DNA of 64,000 bases from Pseudomonadota bacterium (lineage in GTDB: Bacteria; UBA10199; 2-02-FULL-44-16; JBDRGF01): the NCBI GenBank assembly GCA_043818055.1, contig JBDRGF010000033.1:32001-96000 (forward strand). Reading direction: 5' to 3'. Below are positions 11,522-21,499 of this stretch, one piece after another. Within the stretch, counting starts at the first letter, position 1, and each line of letters starts with the position of its first letter. A program made the position numbers and the translations under genes. The notes under the pieces are model-generated. The model made no database searches. It was not told the origin of the DNA and worked only from the letters and a program-made list of their open reading frames with translations.

Positions 11522-12364
11522 ATGTCAAACGGAAAATTGTTTCTAACACCAGCGGAGGTACACAAAGCGGTATGCGATGTAGGTGCGGTCAAGACACAGT
11601 TATCAGCCTTTAAGATGATTCTGCTTGGAATTCTGGCCGGCGTCTATATCGGCTTCGGAGCGCATCTTTGTACCACAGTTGTAACAGGGATTGCACCCTT
11701 GGTCGGTTTTGGCATCACAAAGTTTTTGGGCGGCGCGGTATTTAGCGTAGGCCTGATGCTTGTCGTCATCGCCGGTTCCGAGCTCTTCACAGGCAACTGC
11801 ATGATTCCTTCAGCATGTTGCCACGGCCACGCAAAGTGGAGCCACATGATGAAGAACTGGACACTGGTATTTGTGGGGAACCTTTTAGGTTCGCTTCTTT
11901 TGGTCATCATCATCTACAACACAGGGCTCACATCAAATGATACAGTCGGAGTGACAGCGTTAAAAATCGCTTATAGCAAGGTTCATCTTGATTTCTGGCC
12001 TGCACTCTTCAGAGGTATTTGCTGTAACTGGTTGGTGTGTCTGGCTGTTGTTATTGCAACTTCAGCTCAATCCGTCGCCGGCAAGGTATGGGGCATCTTT
12101 TTCCCGATCATGGCCTTCGTCGCTTCCGGTTTCGAACATAGCATTGCCAACATGTACTTCATCCCGGCTGGCATTCTTGCCAAGGGAACAGCAGCTGGCG
12201 CAGCGTTCGTAACAGCCAACAGCGGCGCTGATCTGTCAACTCTCAACTGGGTAAGCATGTGGGATAATATCATTCCGGTAACCATCGGAAACATCATCGG
12301 CGGAGCGTTCTTCGTCGGCATGTGGTACTGGTACATCTACATGAGAGATACAAAGAAGGCTTAA
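11522..12364 (+). CDS. Formate/nitrite transporter (FdhC/FocA family)
   Basis: GSELFTGN, GICCNWLVCLA, FEHSIANM, TIGNIIGG; strong RBS aaggagg. Confidence 0.93.
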   Translation: MSNGKLFLTPAEVHKAVCDVGAVKTQLSAFKMILLGILAGVYIGFGAHLCTTVVTGIAPLVGFGITKFLGGAVFSVGLMLVVIAGSELFTGNCMIPSACCHGHAKWSHMMKNWTLVFVGNLLGSLLLVIIIYNTGLTSNDTVGVTALKIAYSKVHLDFWPALFRGICCNWLVCLAVVIATSAQSVAGKVWGIFFPIMAFVASGFEHSIANMYFIPAGILAKGTAAGAAFVTANSGADLSTLNWVSMWDNIIPVTIGNIIGGAFFVGMWYWYIYMRDTKKA

Positions 12365-12390
12365 ATCTAAAGCTTGAACGAAAAACAAAG

Positions 12391-12421
12391 ACCCTCTTGG
12401 AGCAATCCAGGAGGGTTTTTT
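12391..12421 (+). terminator. Rho-independent terminator after the FNT gene
   Basis: accctcttgga-gcaa-tccaggagggt followed by a T-run. Confidence 0.8.
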
Positions 12422-12496
12422 GCTTATATGTCGGCTTTAAATTCTACTTGGAAATTAATGTAACATTTTTGATACATATGTACCAAAAATGTTACA

Positions 12497-13306
12497 TTAT
12501 CTTTGCCCGATATATTGAAAATCGTCACTTATACAAATTTCAGGAAGGTATGTTGCTCGGATTATCCTTTGTGGAATTTTTTGATCAAACAGTTGAAGCA
12601 AATATTTGAGAGTTCCTGCTATTCCGTGTTTATATTTATTGGCTTTCAAAATAATATCGTTATATTCAATTCCAATTGAAAAGCCTCGTTGGTGAATAAT
12701 CTCGTTATCTCTGTATCTCTGTAAAACTTTAAAATCCTCCCAAAATCTTTGACTTTTATCAAAAACAATTCCTGTGAATTTGGGAATCCAAAAGTCAATT
12801 TTATCATCAAAACCTACTTTCATCTCTTTTGAATCATTCAGGTTGTCATTTGGATAATTATCATTCCAAATTTGTGCTTTTTCATTGATAAACGCTTCAA
12901 TGCTTGCAACGCCAAATACTATCGCTGTTTGTATATCCTGAATTATTCCTATTTCAATTCCTGTGTAAAGTCTTGAGAGCGAATAATTAAAAGAATGCAT
13001 ATAAGGACTAAAAGCAATGATGCCCGGGGCTTCAATTGTTTGTCCGATCTCTTGTTTTGGTAGTAATGTTTTGCCGTTAAATTTTCCGAGTTCACAAGCA
13101 GCTGAGAAACTTCCACCTAGAACATCTTCTACTAATGGTACACCTTCGTGAAAATTCCTACATTTCTCGACTGTTTTATTAAATATTTCTCCAGAATATC
13201 CCTGGTCTATATACAGTTGAATGACATCATCGATATCACCAAACTTTTCAGGATCGTCACTTTGAGCTAATTCCAGAATTAATTGTTTTGTTGCATTGAC
13301 TGACAT
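12497..13306 (-). CDS. Hypothetical protein with possible HEPN-like C-terminal domain
   Basis: AIVFGVASIEAFIN helix and RDNEIIH (Rx5H) motif; AT-rich; start uncertain (13306 or 13345). Confidence 0.5.
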   Translation of the reverse strand: MSVNATKQLILELAQSDDPEKFGDIDDVIQLYIDQGYSGEIFNKTVEKCRNFHEGVPLVEDVLGGSFSAACELGKFNGKTLLPKQEIGQTIEAPGIIAFSPYMHSFNYSLSRLYTGIEIGIIQDIQTAIVFGVASIEAFINEKAQIWNDNYPNDNLNDSKEMKVGFDDKIDFWIPKFTGIVFDKSQRFWEDFKVLQRYRDNEIIHQRGFSIGIEYNDIILKANKYKHGIAGTLKYLLQLFDQKIPQRIIRATYLPEICISDDFQYIGQR

Positions 13307-13438
13307 TTTTTTAAAAGAAATTTTGTCATACAATAATTTTAACACACCATTTACTGCTTAACACTTATAACTTATATCAGCTCAACACCATACACATCGA
13401 CTCGTTAGTAAGTCACCAAAAATTCTAAAAGCACCAAA

Positions 13439-14638
13439 TTATTTTACAACAAATGTAACTTGACTACTTATACTCTTTAGCAACATGTTCAACTCCAGAT
13501 AACCATCTGTTTTTAAAATAAAATAACCAAATCTAGACGTAAGATCTACAAACTTTTTAACATAATCCCCTTTACTAACTCCTATATTCCACTCTACGAC
13601 TTTAGGATTGTTTAGTACTTCCAAATTTTTAATTTCTAGTAGTTGCCCTGACTTCGATGAAGTAAAATTATTAATGGCAGAAAGATACCTACTATTAACA
13701 TTTAAATTTACATGGCCATTAGTTAATACGTTAAGGTATGCTTCATAAAAATTAAACTGGTAGCTATTTGTTATCAAATCTGGCAATAGACTCCCTGGTA
13801 AACGCCCTGCGCATTCAACCAGAATAATTTTGTCATCTTGTAACATCCATTCAGCATGTAGCACTCCATTTTCTACTTCAAGTGCTTTCGCAAGTCTTGT
13901 TTGATTCTCAATAATTTTAGCTCTTTGTAAGGAATTGAGATCTTTAGGTACTATGCGAATTTGCTTCGTTGAATAATCTGTGACATTTAGAAATATTATT
14001 TCTTTATTCTTTACCAAACATTCTACACTTACCTCATTACCTTCAATAAACTCTTCAACCATGAATTCCCATTTTATCGGACGATCAACAACTAATGGTT
14101 CTGTGGCATTAACTGTTAAATTAAATGTTTTCTCAATGTCATTTGGTGAGGAGATTTTATTAACACCAATACTCCCATCACGATTAGCCGGTTTAAAAAT
14201 GACGGGAACATCCTCGAAAAAATCCTTCAATTCCTCAAGAGATTCAATTTTTTTAAACAAAGGAGAATTAATCCCTGCCTTCAAACACAGCTCACGCAAT
14301 GTTAATTTATTCGTTAAGCATTGAGCGGCTTTCTCCCCCAATCTTGGCAATCCCAATAATTCAGCAGCTCGGCTTGCTGCGAGCACTCCAGCTTCACGTG
14401 CCGCGACAACACCAGAAAATTTGACTTGTGCACTCCACTCTTTAACAACACTCAAATATTCTTCACTCTGATGATATTTCGCTAATTTCAGACCCTTTAT
14501 TGATGCAAACGCGTATTTCGATTTATCGTCTTTTAGATAAACGTCCTCTTCCTCAATTAAATATACGTTTATTTTAACGTTACTTTTTTCAAGGGCTCGA
14601 ATAAAATATCTTTGGCGACCAATCATTAATATATTCAC
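13439..14638 (-). CDS. ATP-grasp ligase (L-amino-acid-ligase-like)
   Basis: NKLTLR, IFKPANRDGSIGV, VEEFIEGNEVSVE, HAEW, VECAGRLPG. Confidence 0.85.
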   Translation of the reverse strand: MNILMIGRQRYFIRALEKSNVKINVYLIEEEDVYLKDDKSKYAFASIKGLKLAKYHQSEEYLSVVKEWSAQVKFSGVVAAREAGVLAASRAAELLGLPRLGEKAAQCLTNKLTLRELCLKAGINSPLFKKIESLEELKDFFEDVPVIFKPANRDGSIGVNKISSPNDIEKTFNLTVNATEPLVVDRPIKWEFMVEEFIEGNEVSVECLVKNKEIIFLNVTDYSTKQIRIVPKDLNSLQRAKIIENQTRLAKALEVENGVLHAEWMLQDDKIILVECAGRLPGSLLPDLITNSYQFNFYEAYLNVLTNGHVNLNVNSRYLSAINNFTSSKSGQLLEIKNLEVLNNPKVVEWNIGVSKGDYVKKFVDLTSRFGYFILKTDGYLELNMLLKSISSQVTFVVK

Positions 14639-16620
14639 TCTTTCCCTCCTAATTTGATTTCTTTCATAAGATGATCATAACCTTTTCTAATATTAGATAA
14701 TATTTCATTTAAATCCTCACGCAGAGGTTTTTGCGACAAATTTAATTTTCCATAAATAAATTCAGAGCAGGCTGGCACAAAGAGAAAGAGAATCCCAAGA
14801 AGATATTTCACAGCACGTTGAAGTATAATTTTTTCCCCATTTTCTAACTGCAAATCTTTTTCAAGCCAGACTCTTGGAATTGTTTTTCTTACAAGTGTCT
14901 CCACAACCAAGCGAGATTTAACATATTCAAACCGAGCTAAATGCTGGTCAATTTTATTAAGAACACCCACCAAATCAGTTACAACTTGCTTCAACAGCTT
15001 TTCATCGCCCCCCCCATTGATAAGTGTCTCGCCTTCGGCCATTGATGCAGACAAAATTAATTCAATGAAGTTATTGAGTTTCTTAGTCACATTATTGCCT
15101 AGTCTCAATTCAGCCTCAACTAAGGTACGATCTCGTCCAAGAGCAGTACCCAATGCCCACCATCTCACATTATCAGTCGAATACATATTAATATAAGGCG
15201 TAATATTTCCTGGCGAAAGAACTCTTTCTTTAAATGAATTACCATCTCCTTGTAAGTAACCATGAGAAACTATTATATCAGGTTTCAAAACCCAATCAAT
15301 CAAAGTGGAAAGAACAATTGTGCTATAATGCCAGCATTTTGCGCTTGCCAAACGATGAATCCTCACAATTTTCGATGGCACCTTTTTTAGCCTGCTGGCA
15401 ACTAAAGTGGCTGACATCGCTGCAACAAACATCGTATCCAAAACCATTATCTTCCCGTCCTCATTCTTATTGTCATTATTCCATACAATGTCACCATTTC
15501 CTAAAAATCCAAATGGACTCAAAACTCCAAATTTTCTAGATCTCGTAATGGGCCAATCATCACCTGTATCTGTCAAAAATTGGTGTAATATATTCAATCC
15601 CGTTTTGGGGTACCATTCAATTGATTGAGCGCTTGCCTTTATATCATTTATTTTATCTCGCAACTTAACAGTTACAGTAGGTTCGGAAGAGATTAACACC
15701 GTGTCATTACAGGTTTTATGTTTAGTCAGAAGCATGGAAATTTCCATCGTATCAGTAGAAATTTTCGGTAAAGGTATCTTTTGGAGCACTGATCGCGAAT
15801 AAATACTTATGCCAAGTTTCTTCATAGCTTTTTTGTGCAATGAGAAATACCAAGGTGATAGTTCGGGCCCAACTAGTACATATGAGTTGTTGGGAAAATT
15901 AGGCAAATAGGCTTTCAATACAGGAATCCTCGCATTGTTTATGACAAGAGGTTCCATTAAAGACATTTCTTTCATTGGTGATGAAACGGTTTGAATAAGA
16001 CAAGAAAAATATGAATCTTTTTTTTCTTCAGGTATGATCAGCTCAAAGCGTTTCCCCGAAACAGTTAGAGTATATTTGTTAATTACTCTTTTCTCATGGA
16101 TCTCATATAGCTGATGATGCAATACCTCTTTTCCACAACTTGGGCATCTCAATGAGTAACGAACGCCAGAATATATCAACCCTTTTTCCATTAATTCTTT
16201 ACATACATTATATGCTAAAATTTGAGTTTCCGACTGCACTGATGCATATTCATGGGACCAATGAGGAACATATCCTAAGCGTAAAAATTGTTTTTTTATC
16301 AATTTGATTCGATCCGCAACCTCATCATTGCACTGCTGCACATCGCCATCAAGAAGGTTTTCCAGCTCAATACTGTGACAGTCAAACCCCTGTGGCAACA
16401 AAACAGATATACCTTTTGATTCTAACCATAATGAATACGTCTCAGCTAAAACATGTGGAATAGCGTGATGAAGATGCAAAAACCGATCGGTGTATGGCGG
16501 TGGAGTGTCAATCAATACATCAACAGGCTCAAGCAAACTTCTATGGACGTTCTCCCACCGTTTTTGAGCATAGGCTTCGACATCAGACAAAATGATAGAT
16601 TTATTTGTTGAATAAAGCAT
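14635..16620 (-). CDS. Degenerate class Ia aminoacyl-tRNA-synthetase-like protein (ValRS-like paralog)
   Basis: DTPPPY..LHLHHA (HIGH-like), PQGFDCH, DWPITRSRKFG, VLDTMF. The KMSKS position reads ERVLSPGN. Confidence 0.72.
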   Translation of the reverse strand: MLYSTNKSIILSDVEAYAQKRWENVHRSLLEPVDVLIDTPPPYTDRFLHLHHAIPHVLAETYSLWLESKGISVLLPQGFDCHSIELENLLDGDVQQCNDEVADRIKLIKKQFLRLGYVPHWSHEYASVQSETQILAYNVCKELMEKGLIYSGVRYSLRCPSCGKEVLHHQLYEIHEKRVINKYTLTVSGKRFELIIPEEKKDSYFSCLIQTVSSPMKEMSLMEPLVINNARIPVLKAYLPNFPNNSYVLVGPELSPWYFSLHKKAMKKLGISIYSRSVLQKIPLPKISTDTMEISMLLTKHKTCNDTVLISSEPTVTVKLRDKINDIKASAQSIEWYPKTGLNILHQFLTDTGDDWPITRSRKFGVLSPFGFLGNGDIVWNNDNKNEDGKIMVLDTMFVAAMSATLVASRLKKVPSKIVRIHRLASAKCWHYSTIVLSTLIDWVLKPDIIVSHGYLQGDGNSFKERVLSPGNITPYINMYSTDNVRWWALGTALGRDRTLVEAELRLGNNVTKKLNNFIELILSASMAEGETLINGGGDEKLLKQVVTDLVGVLNKIDQHLARFEYVKSRLVVETLVRKTIPRVWLEKDLQLENGEKIILQRAVKYLLGILFLFVPACSEFIYGKLNLSQKPLREDLNEILSNIRKGYDHLMKEIKLGGKE

Positions 16621-18025
16621 AGGGTAATTCAGTTTTATCCATGTAATTCATTTTTTTATCCAGCTGTGTCAAATCCTTATCTAATCCTTGCCAACGCCAT
16701 GAATACACCCTCATAAAATCCTCTTCTGAATTAACTATTTTCGGAAGAATTTTAGAAAGAGCAAACATCTGCTTATAGCTAAAATCAAAGGAGGGATTTA
16801 TTTTCAGGTGATCCCATTCAAGGTTAGAATCAGCCAAGGAGATGGAGGTACCATATTTTTTTTCATAATGCTTCAAGTTTCTGAATATTTCAGCTCCGGG
16901 AAAGGCATATAACGCACTACAGGTCAGAAAACCGATCTTCTTTTTGTTCTTCAAAATAAATTCGATTGTCTTCGATAAGGTTTCAGGAGTTTCTCCGATA
17001 TAGCCAATGATGAAGTTGCACCACAACTTGACCCCATTCTCATAAAAAAGATCTATTAATTCTTGGGACCTACACAAGTATTCTTTTGGATTTCGTGTCT
17101 TATTCATCCGCAACAGGATCTCTTCGCTCGCAGATTCCACCCCAAAATACACGCTGGTTATGTCCAGTTGTTTTAGATACTCGATCCATTTTTCATAATT
17201 AATATCACATCTTGTATACGCTTGAATAAGCAATTTATCCTTATGCGGAATAAGGTTTTCTAATAACTTCAACGTATTGCTCTCATCCATTCCAAATGTT
17301 GAGCATCCAATATTAACAAACAATTTTTCTTCATTATAGAGTTTATAAACTTCCAGAATCTCTGCAATAACATTCTGCCATTTTTTAATTTTAATTTTTT
17401 GCTTTGAGTCACTGTTAACGCAAAAATTGCATCGAAATGGACACCCCCTACTCTCCTCAACAGTAGGAATTTTTTGTGAATAGTTATTTAACAACTTATA
17501 GTTCAATGATCCCAGCTGTTCGAATGACAAAGATTTAGGAGGATTTACAACAATTTTATTGTTCGATTTATACACCAAACCAGGTGAATTTAAATAATCA
17601 GAGTCAGGAAAATTCCTTATCAGGTGCAATACTGTGGACTCGCCTTCATCGAAACACGCATACTTCAACTCTGGAATTTGGCTAAAAACATTCTCCCTCA
17701 ATCCGATGACATGCTGCCCGCCAACGATAACAAGCGTCTCTTTGAAATCGCTAAGTGCCTTAACCGCCGTCATCAAAGAACCATAGGAAAAGGATGAAGT
17801 ACAATTGATCGCTATAATCTTTACTGTATTGTTTTTCACAAAATCCAGGAGCTCACTCAAAAAGTTCTTTTCATGTTGGAAATCGAGTAGTTTAACCTTG
17901 TAACCATTATTGTATACGTAACTCGCAATAGATAGTATCCCAACGTTGATATTATTCTTTGTGTGCTTTGGATAATTCGTTTCCACAAGAGGATCGATAA
18001 TTACCAAATCATATACTTCACTCAT
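16601..18025 (-). CDS. Cobalamin-binding radical SAM enzyme (class B methyltransferase-like)
   Basis: N-terminal B12-binding region (GILSIASY, IVGGQH, EGE), ESRGCPFRCNFC, FGVESAS, IIGYIGET. Confidence 0.88.
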   Translation of the reverse strand: MSEVYDLVIIDPLVETNYPKHTKNNINVGILSIASYVYNNGYKVKLLDFQHEKNFLSELLDFVKNNTVKIIAINCTSSFSYGSLMTAVKALSDFKETLVIVGGQHVIGLRENVFSQIPELKYACFDEGESTVLHLIRNFPDSDYLNSPGLVYKSNNKIVVNPPKSLSFEQLGSLNYKLLNNYSQKIPTVEESRGCPFRCNFCVNSDSKQKIKIKKWQNVIAEILEVYKLYNEEKLFVNIGCSTFGMDESNTLKLLENLIPHKDKLLIQAYTRCDINYEKWIEYLKQLDITSVYFGVESASEEILLRMNKTRNPKEYLCRSQELIDLFYENGVKLWCNFIIGYIGETPETLSKTIEFILKNKKKIGFLTCSALYAFPGAEIFRNLKHYEKKYGTSISLADSNLEWDHLKINPSFDFSYKQMFALSKILPKIVNSEEDFMRVYSWRWQGLDKDLTQLDKKMNYMDKTELPYALFNK

Positions 18026-18041
18026 AAAACCCTCGTTTCAA

Positions 18042-19154
18042 TTAATGTTGTTCAACATCATCAGAAGCTCCGCCATAGCAATCGTTGTTGTAGTTATATT
18101 TCATAATAGGACAAAGTGGTATAATGACATTTTCCTCACATCTCGGATCTTTGATATTGATTTTATCCTTAAGCAGTTTTGCATATCCGATGCATCCACC
18201 ACCACACAAATTCCAGTGTCGACAATCACCACACTCTGATTTGATATACGACCTGTTTAATTGCTTCCAATTGGAATCGTCACCAATGATATCTTTGAGT
18301 GCGTATTGATTGACATTACCGAGAACAATCGGAACATCGAGCCCAAAAACGCATGGATAAACATTACCATCGCAACGTATCATTATGTATGTCCTCGTTT
18401 TAAATATTTGACTACATCCACCACCACAACCACTAAACTCAGAAATATCGATATTGGGAGTTTCTTTCCATTTCATATACGCAGGCTCAATAATGATATC
18501 CACATCACCTATTCTCTTATTCTTTCTTTTTTCAAGGATCCGTTTTGAAATTTGTTCATATCCATTTAGATACTCTTCAGGTAAGATCCAAAGATCGGGA
18601 TATTTGGCTCCCCGCCCTATCGCTGAAAAATAAAACCCAGAAACACACCTAACCCCCAAATTGCTCAGTTTTTCGACCAAGCCCGGGAAAGTAAAAAGTG
18701 TCTTCTTATTTAAAACGGCGTTAACTCTAACCTTCCAATTTAGATTCAGTGCAACCGCAATAGCCTGCATTGCCTTTTCATAAGCACCTTTACCACGGAT
18801 ATAATCGTTAATTTCTTTGTCTGATGAATCAATGCTGATCATGATTGATTGAAGCCCTAATTCTGAAAGCTCTTCTGCATATTTCTGGCTGAGCAAAACG
18901 CCGTTTGTTTGAAGGCGCACCTCAATGTTCAAATCTTTACAGTAAGCAAGAACGATTTTCAGATCTTCTCTCAACAAGGGCTCACCACCAGTTAAGTGTA
19001 TATGTTCCATTCCAAGCTCTTTGGCTTGATTAATGACATCTATAATTTGGTCAGTAGAAAGCTCAGGCAACTTCAGTTCATTCGATGAAAAACAACAAAC
19101 CTTACAGCTAAGATTACACCTATTAGTCATATGAAGATCGAGTTCTTTAAGCAT
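18042..19154 (-). CDS. Radical SAM/SPASM-domain enzyme
   Basis: CNLSCKVC, TGGEPLLR, GNVYPC...CGDCRHWNLCGGGC...DPRC. Confidence 0.9.
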   Translation of the reverse strand: MLKELDLHMTNRCNLSCKVCCFSSNELKLPELSTDQIIDVINQAKELGMEHIHLTGGEPLLREDLKIVLAYCKDLNIEVRLQTNGVLLSQKYAEELSELGLQSIMISIDSSDKEINDYIRGKGAYEKAMQAIAVALNLNWKVRVNAVLNKKTLFTFPGLVEKLSNLGVRCVSGFYFSAIGRGAKYPDLWILPEEYLNGYEQISKRILEKRKNKRIGDVDIIIEPAYMKWKETPNIDISEFSGCGGGCSQIFKTRTYIMIRCDGNVYPCVFGLDVPIVLGNVNQYALKDIIGDDSNWKQLNRSYIKSECGDCRHWNLCGGGCIGYAKLLKDKINIKDPRCEENVIIPLCPIMKYNYNNDCYGGASDDVEQH

Positions 19155-20145
19155 CGGTAATACCTTTTTTGTATGCCTCCGCAGCGATAAGACAAAGTGA
19201 ATCAACACCCAATCCACCTCTCTCTATAAAACTGCTCGCGGGACATCCCTTTTTGCAGTTGGTTGAAAAATCACAATTCAAACAAGCTGTATTTGCATTT
19301 TTTATTGCCTCAGAACGAAACGCTTTTAGCTTCGACCAGGACTCCTTGCCCAACTGACTCAAAAGAATGCAAGGTAAAAATTCTCCTTTTGCATCAAGGG
19401 CAAATATCGAGTTGCCAGCATCACATTCACAAAAGGGCATATTTGAAATGGTCCTCTTTGTGTTAATTGTCAAAGATGTATATTTCTTTCTGCAGTCATT
19501 AAGTATTTTACTTAATTGTGCTTGTGTTGTTGCATTGGCAAGAAAATTACTTTTAGTATTGTATGGCATCAAACCTAATAGCGTAACGGACTCAACACCC
19601 AACTGATGACACATTGCTATTGTTTCTGTGAGCGTGGCCATTGTTTCTTCAGTCAACACAGAGATGATATGAATCATCAATCCATTCTTAATTAGCAATT
19701 CTATTGCCTTGATTGTCTTACCCCAAGCCCCAATCTGTTTTCTGTGTTTATCGTGAACGCTTGCATTTGAGCTTTCCAGCGAAACAGAGATTTCACTTAA
19801 ATAAGATGCTAATATTTTTACATTCCCTTCATTCACCAATGTTGCATTCGTACAGATATCCACATTAAAATTTGACTGATGCAATCTTTGGATGAGTTCC
19901 TCCAACCAAGGTAGCAAAAGTGGTTCACCCCCTGAAAGAATGACGTCTTTAATTCCTTGTCTTTTCAGAAATGGAATTGTGTTAAGCGCGTCTTCATAAC
20001 TCCATTCAGCAACCGATTGCCCATAGCGGTGACATGTCGGACAGTTCAAATTACACCTTGTCGTAAGCTCCCAAAGCAATCGTCTATCCGTGCTTTTGTT
20101 TGGGCTGCGGAAACAACATATGCTGTTGTAATAGTTGTCTGTCAT
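19147..20145 (-). CDS. Radical SAM/SPASM-domain enzyme
   Basis: WELTTRCNLNCPTC, SGGEPL, CDAG...LPC...CLNCDFSTNCKKGC...DSLC. Confidence 0.9.
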   Translation of the reverse strand: MTDNYYNSICCFRSPNKSTDRRLLWELTTRCNLNCPTCHRYGQSVAEWSYEDALNTIPFLKRQGIKDVILSGGEPLLLPWLEELIQRLHQSNFNVDICTNATLVNEGNVKILASYLSEISVSLESSNASVHDKHRKQIGAWGKTIKAIELLIKNGLMIHIISVLTEETMATLTETIAMCHQLGVESVTLLGLMPYNTKSNFLANATTQAQLSKILNDCRKKYTSLTINTKRTISNMPFCECDAGNSIFALDAKGEFLPCILLSQLGKESWSKLKAFRSEAIKNANTACLNCDFSTNCKKGCPASSFIERGGLGVDSLCLIAAEAYKKGITDA

Positions 20146-20155
20146 AGTAATTCCA

Positions 20156-21262
20156 TTAATATAAATGTGGATAAAAAATTAATGTTGGCAAATACCCATC
20201 ATGTATCGAAATCCGATTTGAAACATTCATGTCCTTTAACTCTGGTAATTCAGAAAGATCTACGTTGCTATTTTCACGAAACGGACAGTAAGGATCCCTT
20301 TCGGATAACGCGTTATAATAAAGTATTCTTCGATCCTTGACCCCTCCTTTACACGTTGTCTCAAATTCACACTCCTTGCACAATGCAGGCTTTACAGTTT
20401 CACGCAGTAATGCAAATTGCTGCCTCTCTCCAATTCGATCAAGAATCTGATTTTCAAGAATACTACCAGCTATCCAATCCCTTCCGACCAAATAGGTTGA
20501 CGGCGTGATATCGCCGGTTGGCAAAATTCTTAAACTTGAAACACCAGACATATCATCAGAAATTCGAGATTGTTTAAAAATACTTGAAAAGAGAGGATCT
20601 GAAAGTACAGCAACTTTGTAACGTTTCATTATCCATGAAAGAGCTTTATAGACTGTCTTTGAAGAAGGGGGAGATAACCGATTATTCGTAGGACGAAATA
20701 GATTAATGCGCACCATGGCATTGTGCTGTGATGCTACATCAAAAATCCCTTTTAAATTTTCTTTGGTGAGGGTATCCTCAATTCCAATCATTACTATCGT
20801 GCTTTTAATATTAGCTTGTGTGCAAAAATCTAAAGTTCCAATCGCCCACTCAAAAGCGCTTTCATGTCCTCTTATTTTATTGTGTTTGTTTGGATTTGAG
20901 TAGTCAAGAGATACATCAATTTCATTTATACATCTGCTCACTAGATTTTGATAGAATGAGTCATTTTTCACGACTTCAAACAAATAACCATTTGTTGTAA
21001 GTGCCTGTAATATATTAGGAAAATACTTACGCGCATAATCAATTAAATCGAACCAAATTGGAGTTAGAGCATTTTCTCCTGTGCCGTAGTTTATTGAATC
21101 AATATAATTGTGATTATTAGAAATAAAATTTCGTAATGTATCTAAATTAAGAGTATCCTTACCTTCTCGCGCATCAATGCTGTAACAAAATGAACATCTC
21201 ATGTTACATGCTTTTGTGATTCCCCATCCAATTTGCCATTTAGTTCCCAACTGACAATTCAT
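20156..21262 (-). CDS. Radical SAM/SPASM-domain enzyme (partly degenerate SPASM)
   Basis: CNMRCSFC, YGTGEN, CKECEFETTCKGG...DPYC. Confidence 0.88.
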   Translation of the reverse strand: MNCQLGTKWQIGWGITKACNMRCSFCYSIDAREGKDTLNLDTLRNFISNNHNYIDSINYGTGENALTPIWFDLIDYARKYFPNILQALTTNGYLFEVVKNDSFYQNLVSRCINEIDVSLDYSNPNKHNKIRGHESAFEWAIGTLDFCTQANIKSTIVMIGIEDTLTKENLKGIFDVASQHNAMVRINLFRPTNNRLSPPSSKTVYKALSWIMKRYKVAVLSDPLFSSIFKQSRISDDMSGVSSLRILPTGDITPSTYLVGRDWIAGSILENQILDRIGERQQFALLRETVKPALCKECEFETTCKGGVKDRRILYYNALSERDPYCPFRENSNVDLSELPELKDMNVSNRISIHDGYLPTLIFYPHLY

Positions 21263-21319
21263 AATTACTTACCCCAAATATTATTTTGTAACAGATAAAT
21301 CAATCAACCTTAAACACTC

Positions 21320-21335
21320 GCAAAAATTATGCCAA
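21320..21335 (-). promoter_or_regulatory. Sigma54 (-24/-12) promoter of the radical SAM operon
   Basis: TTGGCATAATTTTTGC has exact GG-N10-GC spacing, ~58 bp upstream of the ATG at 21262. Confidence 0.75.
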
Positions 21336-21407
21336 AATGGTAAAAAACATAACCATTTGAAATTATACTTGTTTTTTTTAAAAATCGTTAATAACAATTA
21401 ATTATTT

Positions 21408-21445
21408 GTCCAAAAAATCGGACTCGAGAGTCCAGAAAATCAGAC
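21408..21445. promoter_or_regulatory. Putative tandem upstream activator sites for a sigma54 enhancer-binding protein
   Basis: GTCCaaaaaatcGGAC and GTCCagaaaatcAGAC, 22 bp apart; IHF-like TTTCAAATGGTTA (minus strand, ~21350-21362) lies between them and the promoter. Confidence 0.5.
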
Positions 21446-21499
21446 ACTCCAGATCGAACGGTTATATCAAAGGATGGATTTTAATAAAAAATTAAACAA

